NCBI GenBank assembly: GCA_038227875.1
Contig: JBBRPR010000011.1
Span: 64,001-128,000, forward strand
From: Planctomycetota bacterium
GTDB lineage: Bacteria > Planctomycetota > SZUA-567 > H5-PLA8
Direction: 5' to 3'
DNA: 64,000 nucleotides
The notes beneath the pieces are model-generated. The model was not told the DNA's origin and did no database searches. It saw only the letters and a list, made by a program, of their open reading frames with translations. Of this stretch, positions 57,578-64,000 are shown in pieces. A program made the position numbers and the translations under genes. Position 1 is the stretch's first letter; each line of letters opens with the position of its first letter.

Positions 57578-58288
57578 ATGGATCGCGCAAAGATGAAATC
57601 CGTGGCGTTCATCGCGGAGGATTACGTCAAAGGGCCGATTTCCGGCGTCATCGTCTGCTTTCATGGCCTTGGCGATCCTGGTTTGCGCACCGTTGCCACC
57701 TACACCGAGAATGAATGGGCCGACGCCGGCGGATTGGTGGTGATGCCTTACGCCGGTCCGTGGTCGTGGATGAACCGACAGGCGCGCGCGATGGTCGAAG
57801 ACCTGATCGAATCGATTTACTACGAGTACAAACTGGCACCGACCGTTCCACTGATCTTCAACGGCGGCAGCATGGGCGGATACTGTTCACTGCTGGCCGC
57901 GCGCTACACGCGCCATCCGCTGAAAGCCTGTGCCGCGGTGTTTCCCGTCTGCGATTTGAAGTACCATTTCTCAGAGCGCCCCGACCTCCCTCGCACGATT
58001 TATCACGCCTTCGCCGGTTATCCGGAGCCTCTCGATGCCTTGTTCGCCGAGCATTCGCCGGTCGAGCAGGTCGAGAAAATGCCGCGCGTCCCGTATTTCC
58101 TGCTGCACGGCGATGCGGACAAGTCCGTGAACAAGGCCGCGCACTCCGACCGCATGATCGCCGCGATGCGGCAGCACGGGCATAACGTTCAGTACGTGGA
58201 AGTCCCGGGGATGGGACACCACGATATTTCGTCGTACAGCGCGTACCGGACGTACGTCGATTTCATCAAAGGGCAGTTCGCCCGTTGA
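57578..58288 (+). CDS. Alpha/beta hydrolase (S9-like)
   Basis: GGSMGG nucleophile elbow, HGDADKSV, PGMGH. Confidence 0.9.
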   Translation: MDRAKMKSVAFIAEDYVKGPISGVIVCFHGLGDPGLRTVATYTENEWADAGGLVVMPYAGPWSWMNRQARAMVEDLIESIYYEYKLAPTVPLIFNGGSMGGYCSLLAARYTRHPLKACAAVFPVCDLKYHFSERPDLPRTIYHAFAGYPEPLDALFAEHSPVEQVEKMPRVPYFLLHGDADKSVNKAAHSDRMIAAMRQHGHNVQYVEVPGMGHHDISSYSAYRTYVDFIKGQFAR

Positions 58289-58302
58289 TAGAGGAGTAGT
58301 TC

Positions 58303-58881
58303 ATGAAACTCTTGCTTAAAACCGCGCTCGCCGTAATTGTGCTTTGCGTTTCGAACGTCAGCGCCGCCGATGCGCCACCAAGCAAGGGCGACCCCACGCC
58401 CGCGCCGCCCGTCCGCACCATGGAAGTGAAGCTGCCAAAGAATTCCTGGGAGAGCTCACACGCCAACGCGATGAAAGTCGGCGATTGGATCGAAGTGGAG
58501 ATGACGCTGGTCCAGGGCACAAAGATGCGGCAGGAATGCATCGAAGTCGGCGACCATTACACGGTGATGCTCGTCCGCAGCTCCATCGGCGGACGGCAGA
58601 TGGAGCAGAAGATCAAATCGCTCTACACCGAAGCAAATCCCGACGAAGAGGAGGCCGCGAAGCTGCGCAAGGAACAGAATATCGAAATCAAGGACATCGA
58701 CGACAAGGTAAAAGTGAAAGACAAGGAAGTGAGCGCCAAGCGCCACGAAGTCTATCAGAACGGAAAGCTGACCTCGCGTACCTGGATCAGCGCCGAAATT
58801 CCAATGGGCGGGCAGGTCAAGACCGAAGGCGCCGACGGCAAAATTGTCACGCAGATCACGGACTACGGCGTCGGAAAATAG
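58303..58881 (+). CDS. Secreted hypothetical protein
   Basis: Signal peptide, GAGGAG SD, KVGDWIE and WISAEIPMGG motifs. Confidence 0.75.
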   Translation: MKLLLKTALAVIVLCVSNVSAADAPPSKGDPTPAPPVRTMEVKLPKNSWESSHANAMKVGDWIEVEMTLVQGTKMRQECIEVGDHYTVMLVRSSIGGRQMEQKIKSLYTEANPDEEEAAKLRKEQNIEIKDIDDKVKVKDKEVSAKRHEVYQNGKLTSRTWISAEIPMGGQVKTEGADGKIVTQITDYGVGK

Positions 58882-59044
58882 TCGACGTATTCACGCCCAG
58901 CTCCGTATTGTTCAATCCATTAAGAATACAAAGTCGGAATCGTCTCTATTTTGGACGGAATTAACACGGTCGGCAGTGTTGTACTTTGGTGTACGCTCAA
59001 TTGTGGCCGGGAATTATTCCCAAATGCTGCAGAGGAGAAATTCA

Positions 59045-61564
59045 ATGCGCAACTTTCATGCGATTCTCAGTGCGCTCCTGCTGGCAGGTTTTGTTCGCGC
59101 TGAAACTGCCACGATGACCGTGCCGACGGTGGAGCTCATCTGTAAATTCAACACACACGACAAGGAAATGCCGAGGACCTTCAAGATCGGTCAGGGCTTT
59201 CAGCGGATCGGCGACTATCTGTACATCACTACGCCGATGGATGGGACCATTCAGTATTTCAAATGGAATGCGCAAACCAGCAAGATTTCGTATGTCGACT
59301 CCGTCACCAACCCGGTCGTGGACGGCCAGACCCTCTGCGCCGCTGGTGGCAGGATGTACGGCCTAGGCCTGAACGTTGATCCCCGGCCAGTTCGGGAGGC
59401 CACCGGTTTCACCTGGTACGATATCGAGAAGGAAACAGGCAAACCAATTGTAAAAGGCTCACTGCCCGAAATCGGCGGCTGGGGCAACTTAATCACCAGC
59501 CCAGACGAAAAGGATCTCTATTTTGTCGGCAGTGGCATTCAAATGTATTGGATGAAAATTGGCGCGGACGGCACGCCGACCAAATCCGCAAGCTTCGCCG
59601 GTGCGGGAATTCGCGGCAATCTTCGAATGAGCCCGGACGGGAAGAACATCTATTCGATCAACGAGGGCAAGATCGGCATCGTCGATCGCAAACCGACCGG
59701 AGAGATTGCGTACAAGAAAGCAATTCCGCTGAACGTTCCCGTCACTGATCCCGAAGCCATGCGATTGGACGCCACCCCGACGATCGCCGGAATCTCTCCC
59801 GATGGCCGCTGGCTCTATATCGAAGTGTACAGCGGCCATCCCCGCACCCCCTGCCATTTCAACATCTTCAAACGCGATCCGGAAACCGGCGACCTCGCTT
59901 TTTCGGAAGGCGGATCCGACTACGATCCGAAGTACAACAAACTGGCCACCCTGCCCTTCATGAACCTCATCTTTGCGCCCGATGGCAAAAGCGGATTCAT
60001 TTCCACCGGCGGCGACCTGCTGCAGACGTTCAGGTACGACGAAAAAACCGGACACCTCACGGACATCACCAGCGTCATTGTGCCCACCGACAAATTCGGC
60101 CCCTGTCTGAATGTCTCTTACGATGCGAAGAACAACCTGCTCTTCGGCCTGGGCTGGTGGCAGCACTACGCCTACGGAGATGTCTGGAACGGATTCTGGG
60201 TCGCCAAAACAGGCACCGCGCCGGCCCCTCAGCGCGATCGCTCCGACATCAAAGCCACCCACGCCGCCGCCGACGCCAAAGTCACCAACACAGATGATTG
60301 GCCCTGCTGGCGTGGCATTCACGGCGACGGAAAGAGTCCGCTCAAGGGAATCCGCAAAGACTGGACCGGCGGTCTTAAGGAGGTCTGGCGTGTCTCTGGA
60401 CTCAGTCCCGTCTCGGCGACCTGGTCCGCGCCCACCATTAAAGGCGACAAGCTCGTCGTTCTCGGCAAGCACGGCTGGACGGACGAAGCGCTCTGTTTTG
60501 ATGCCGACAAAGGCGGCGAGCCACTCTGGGTGACGCAACTTCCTGGGACCAACGGCGGCGATTCATGGGCCGGCGGCCCCACTGCCACCCCCTATATCGA
60601 CGGCGACAAAGTTTACCTGTCGCAGAGCAATCACTATGTCTGCCTGAATGTGGCGGACGGGAAAGTGGTATGGAAACAAAACAGTTTCAGCACCGGACAT
60701 GCGCCGGGCCATAGCCCCCTGGTCTGGGAGGATCTGGTCATTCTTCCCAATGTCATCACGCCCGACAACAAATGGCCCTGGCTCAAGCAGGTGCAACTCT
60801 GCGCGCTCAACAAGAACACCGGCGTACAAGTGTGGGGATATCAGGAGAATTCCAAACTCAGGTTCGAAAGCTACACCTCGCCGCTGCTCTTGAAGATCGA
60901 TGGGAAGGATCAGGTTGTCTACACCGCGACGGGTTATGCCTGCGGTCTGGATCCGCGTACGGGCAAACCGTTCTGGGAATACGTCCTGGACCCCAAATAC
61001 ACCACCGGAGGGCTCGGAAGTCCTGCTCCTTTGACCGACGGCTCCAATCTGGTTGTATCACCCGGCTTTCGAATCGCCGCGGACCCCGCGTCGGAAAAAG
61101 ACAAGATTCCGGCTGTCGTAAAAATTGAAAACGGCCAGGCCAAAACCGTCTGGGAAGGCGAATACAGAAACATGTGGAGTGCCGGGATCTTAAAGAATGG
61201 CTTTGTGTACTCGTTCTGCAGCGATGGTCTGTACAACGGCGCGCGCAGCACCTTCCGCTGCGTGGATTTATTGACCGGAACACCAAAATGGGTTCAGGCC
61301 AATACGGGCAGCGGCTCGCTGGTTGAAGTGGACGACTACCTTCTGTGTCTGACCTATGGCGGCGATCTTTGGCTGCTGATTCCAACGCCCGATGGCTTCA
61401 AAAAAGTCACGGAATGGACGGTTCCTCTCAAGCACGAAAACTGGGTCGTTGCCGGCGCTCCGGACATTCCCATCCTGCCGTTCTGGACCGTCCCCGTCAT
61501 CGCGCACGGCAGACTGTACGTGCGCTATAGCGATGTGATGATCTGCTACGACCTACTGAAATAG
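59045..61564 (+). CDS. Secreted double beta-propeller (lactonase-like + PQQ-like) protein
   Basis: Signal peptide MRNFHAIL; SPDGK/SPDGR repeats; DWPCWRG then PQQ-type blades. Confidence 0.85.
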   Translation: MRNFHAILSALLLAGFVRAETATMTVPTVELICKFNTHDKEMPRTFKIGQGFQRIGDYLYITTPMDGTIQYFKWNAQTSKISYVDSVTNPVVDGQTLCAAGGRMYGLGLNVDPRPVREATGFTWYDIEKETGKPIVKGSLPEIGGWGNLITSPDEKDLYFVGSGIQMYWMKIGADGTPTKSASFAGAGIRGNLRMSPDGKNIYSINEGKIGIVDRKPTGEIAYKKAIPLNVPVTDPEAMRLDATPTIAGISPDGRWLYIEVYSGHPRTPCHFNIFKRDPETGDLAFSEGGSDYDPKYNKLATLPFMNLIFAPDGKSGFISTGGDLLQTFRYDEKTGHLTDITSVIVPTDKFGPCLNVSYDAKNNLLFGLGWWQHYAYGDVWNGFWVAKTGTAPAPQRDRSDIKATHAAADAKVTNTDDWPCWRGIHGDGKSPLKGIRKDWTGGLKEVWRVSGLSPVSATWSAPTIKGDKLVVLGKHGWTDEALCFDADKGGEPLWVTQLPGTNGGDSWAGGPTATPYIDGDKVYLSQSNHYVCLNVADGKVVWKQNSFSTGHAPGHSPLVWEDLVILPNVITPDNKWPWLKQVQLCALNKNTGVQVWGYQENSKLRFESYTSPLLLKIDGKDQVVYTATGYACGLDPRTGKPFWEYVLDPKYTTGGLGSPAPLTDGSNLVVSPGFRIAADPASEKDKIPAVVKIENGQAKTVWEGEYRNMWSAGILKNGFVYSFCSDGLYNGARSTFRCVDLLTGTPKWVQANTGSGSLVEVDDYLLCLTYGGDLWLLIPTPDGFKKVTEWTVPLKHENWVVAGAPDIPILPFWTVPVIAHGRLYVRYSDVMICYDLLK

Positions 61565-62584
61565 CGGCAGGCTAACCCGCGCGGCGCTCTGCATGCTGCG
61601 CGTCACGGCCTCCGTGAACTCCATGTACTTCACGCCATCCTCAAACGTGGTCCGCGTGATCGGCTCCAGACCGCGGATCGCATTGACGAACTCCTCTTCG
61701 ACGCGCCAACGGCCTTCGTCAGCCGATGGAATGGCCACTTCCTTCAATTCCGTCTCGCCGCGCTTGCCACTGAACAGTTTGTTCTGCGAAAACCGCAGCG
61801 TGCCTTCGCTGCCGAAGATGAACGCTTCGGCCGGCCCGGACAGACCGGTGACGCTCGAAATCTGCAAATGCAATTGCGCGCCACAGGCCAACTCGGCGAT
61901 GACATCGACGTGCTCCGGTATGCGGATCGCCTTCGGCAGGCCCGCGTCGTCCTTGCGCAGTTTCTGAAAAACTTTGCCCGCCGCCGAAACGTTGACCGCC
62001 TCCCCCAACCAACGCGTCAGCGCTTCGTACCAGATCCCCAAGCTCATGATGTTATAGCCGCTGTAATCGAAATTCTGACGCCACGACTGCACGGCGTCGC
62101 GATTCAGGAATGCTCCGCCGCCACGAATTTCCACTGCGAGCACCTCGCCGATCGCACCGGCGCCGATCAGCTTCTGAATCGTCTTGTCCACGCGCAACGT
62201 GAACGGCGACGGCACGACTTGCGCGATCAACTCGGGATGCTGCTGCGCGGCGTCGCGCATCGCGTGCGCTTCTGCTGCGTTGAGCGCCATGCGCGCTTCG
62301 CACGACACGTGTTTCCCCGCATTCAACGCGGCCACGGTCACGGGACAGTGCATGTACGGCCACGTCCCGATGACAACGGCATTGACGTCCGAGTCTGCAA
62401 CCAGTTCCCGATAATTGGCGTACGTTTTCTTAAATCCGAATTGCTTCGCCACACGTTCGGACGACTCGCGCGAACGGTTGCAAATGCCGACCAGTTCCAC
62501 TCCCGGAATCTTCAACAGATTCGGAATGTGTTGGGTGCGCGTATTGTCGCCAGCGCCAAAAACTGCAACGCGAATGTCTGCCAT
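61553..62584 (-). CDS. Gfo/Idh/MocA oxidoreductase
   Basis: GAGDNTRTQH, IGTWPYMH, CEARM. Confidence 0.93.
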   Translation of the reverse strand: MADIRVAVFGAGDNTRTQHIPNLLKIPGVELVGICNRSRESSERVAKQFGFKKTYANYRELVADSDVNAVVIGTWPYMHCPVTVAALNAGKHVSCEARMALNAAEAHAMRDAAQQHPELIAQVVPSPFTLRVDKTIQKLIGAGAIGEVLAVEIRGGGAFLNRDAVQSWRQNFDYSGYNIMSLGIWYEALTRWLGEAVNVSAAGKVFQKLRKDDAGLPKAIRIPEHVDVIAELACGAQLHLQISSVTGLSGPAEAFIFGSEGTLRFSQNKLFSGKRGETELKEVAIPSADEGRWRVEEEFVNAIRGLEPITRTTFEDGVKYMEFTEAVTRSMQSAARVSLPLFQ

Positions 62585-62744
62585 GTGACCTCCCTGTTCA
62601 GCATTATGGCCAATTGTCCATATGCTGACTTTTGATCAAGCCAGTAGATATGAACCCATCGTATTCAGAGATCCCACGCGCACAAAGCGAAACGCCTCAA
62701 GCAAGCTCGAGGCGTTTTGCAAAATCACCAATTACCATCCAGAT

Positions 62745-63419
62745 TCATCGCCCGTCGTATTCACCCAGCGGCTTTTTGTCCTGAGGATTGCCGGGCGTAT
62801 TGTGGTAGCACCAGCGGTAGACCGGTGTCGAACTTTCATGATTGAGGTACGGCGGAATGATGCGCTGCTCCTGCGCCGGATCGTAGTAGCCTACGTTCAG
62901 CATGATAAAGCCCAACGAGCCCGAGAAGGTCAGCACGATGGCGTTGAGCAGCAGCACCGCCGTCATCAGCGGATTGGCCGGCTTGTAGCGAAAGACCGGC
63001 GCGGTGCGGCGCGAACTGGCCGGATTCATCCCAACGCGGCTGCCCGGTGTGCGGATGCGCGAGACCGATGATTTCCTCGCCGGGTTCTCCAGCGGCAATC
63101 CCGTGTGCACGACACTTTCAGAAACGCGGGTGATCACGCCGCTTGGCGATTCTTCCAATTTCTCGATCAACTCCGGCGTAATCCGTTCCAGCGGTACCAG
63201 GATGCCACTTTCGCCGGGCCGGGTGACGGTGGGCGGAATGATGATCGGCATGTCGCTCTGCAATTTCACAGTGGCCAGATCTTCCCGCCGGAACTTCATC
63301 GTCCCCGCCGAGCGGTACGCACGCAACGCGCCGCTGGCCACCAGCATCTGCAGCTCACCTTCTTTGATCCCCAGAATCCGCAGTGCCTCGCCTGCATCCA
63401 ACCATTCCTGTTCAGCCAT
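62745..63419 (-). CDS. Excisionase-like HTH protein with C-terminal TM segment
   Basis: WLDAGEALRILGIKEGELQMLVASGALRAYRSAGTMKFRREDL; hydrophobic segment near the C-terminus. Confidence 0.8.
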   Translation of the reverse strand: MAEQEWLDAGEALRILGIKEGELQMLVASGALRAYRSAGTMKFRREDLATVKLQSDMPIIIPPTVTRPGESGILVPLERITPELIEKLEESPSGVITRVSESVVHTGLPLENPARKSSVSRIRTPGSRVGMNPASSRRTAPVFRYKPANPLMTAVLLLNAIVLTFSGSLGFIMLNVGYYDPAQEQRIIPPYLNHESSTPVYRWCYHNTPGNPQDKKPLGEYDGR

Positions 63420-63653
63420 GTGCGTGACCCTCGAGAGAAGTGGACGAACGCAAAGACAACACAGTTTTTGAGGAATAGATCAGGCAAGTTCGACGAGCAG
63501 AAGAAGGCTCTCGTCGTACAATCATCTCTAAATAACTTGGCGCGTTTGCTGATGAAAATATTAGCGGCGATATTTATGAAATCCGTTGCGCGAGTGCAGA
63601 CGAACAAACTGCCGGCTCCCGATTGGAATCCGTCGCATCAAGTTCAACATTGG

Positions 63654-63683
63654 AGGGGGTTCTGAGCAATTGCTCAGCCCCCT
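63654..63683 (-). terminator. Hairpin after the M16 peptidase gene
   Basis: AGGGGG..CTGAGC-AATT-GCTCAG-CCCCCT. Confidence 0.5.
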
Positions 63684-63695
63684 TGTGCTACGAAT

Positions 63696-64000
63696 TCACT
63701 TCGGCGGAATCACTGTCACCGGCGCAATCTTCTCCAATGCGTCTTTCAGCACCTTCGCATCGCCAACCACGATAATGGTCAACTTTGCCGGATCGACGGC
63801 CGACTGCGCCAGCTTGGCACAATCTTCCGCGGTTGTGATAGCGACGGTCTCCATCATCTTGCTGAAATAATCCGGCGGCAGCCCATTGGTCTCGATCACC
63901 CACAGATCGTTTGCGACAGCCTGCGGCGTCTCGCGTTCGCGGACGAAACTGCCTTGTGTGTACGCCTTCTGATCGTCGAGTTCCCGGACCGTCGGCGGCT
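63696..64000 (-). CDS. M16 (pitrilysin-like) peptidase, C-terminal part
   Basis: PTVRELDDQKAYTQGSF..GLPPDY..ITTAED..LTIIVVGDA. Confidence 0.8.
   Translation of the reverse strand, partial: PPTVRELDDQKAYTQGSFVRERETPQAVANDLWVIETNGLPPDYFSKMMETVAITTAEDCAKLAQSAVDPAKLTIIVVGDAKVLKDALEKIAPVTVIPPK

Overview
High-GC bacterial chromosomal window, most likely Planctomycetota or a PVC relative. This is inferred from a TPR + tandem alpha-CTD protein, PQQ-type propellers, DUF1844-like, HTH+TM and pilin-like-domain proteins. Bases 1-6.35 kb carry the S10/spc ribosomal protein cluster on the minus strand (rplD-rplW-[lepB]-rplB-rpsS-rplV-rpsC-rplP-rpmC-rpsQ-rplN-rplX). It is atypical: it starts at rplD with no rpsJ or rplC, has a structured ~200-nt leader, contains an embedded signal peptidase I, and several r-proteins are extended (L29 is 158 aa). 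The rest is mixed housekeeping and accessory DNA: tRNA-Ala(CGC), accD, dgt, trxA, an ABC export cluster, a TetR-EmrAB efflux operon, two cytochrome P450s (one fused to a Clp N-domain), an ECF-type sigma factor bracketed by two micro-ORFs with strong Shine-Dalgarno sites, large secreted carbohydrate-active proteins and tandem HEAT paralogs. Two copies of a ~200-bp non-coding element with heptamer-array inverted ends are present. No CRISPR array, rRNA, integrase or transposase was seen. All product calls come from motif recognition by eye, without database searches.
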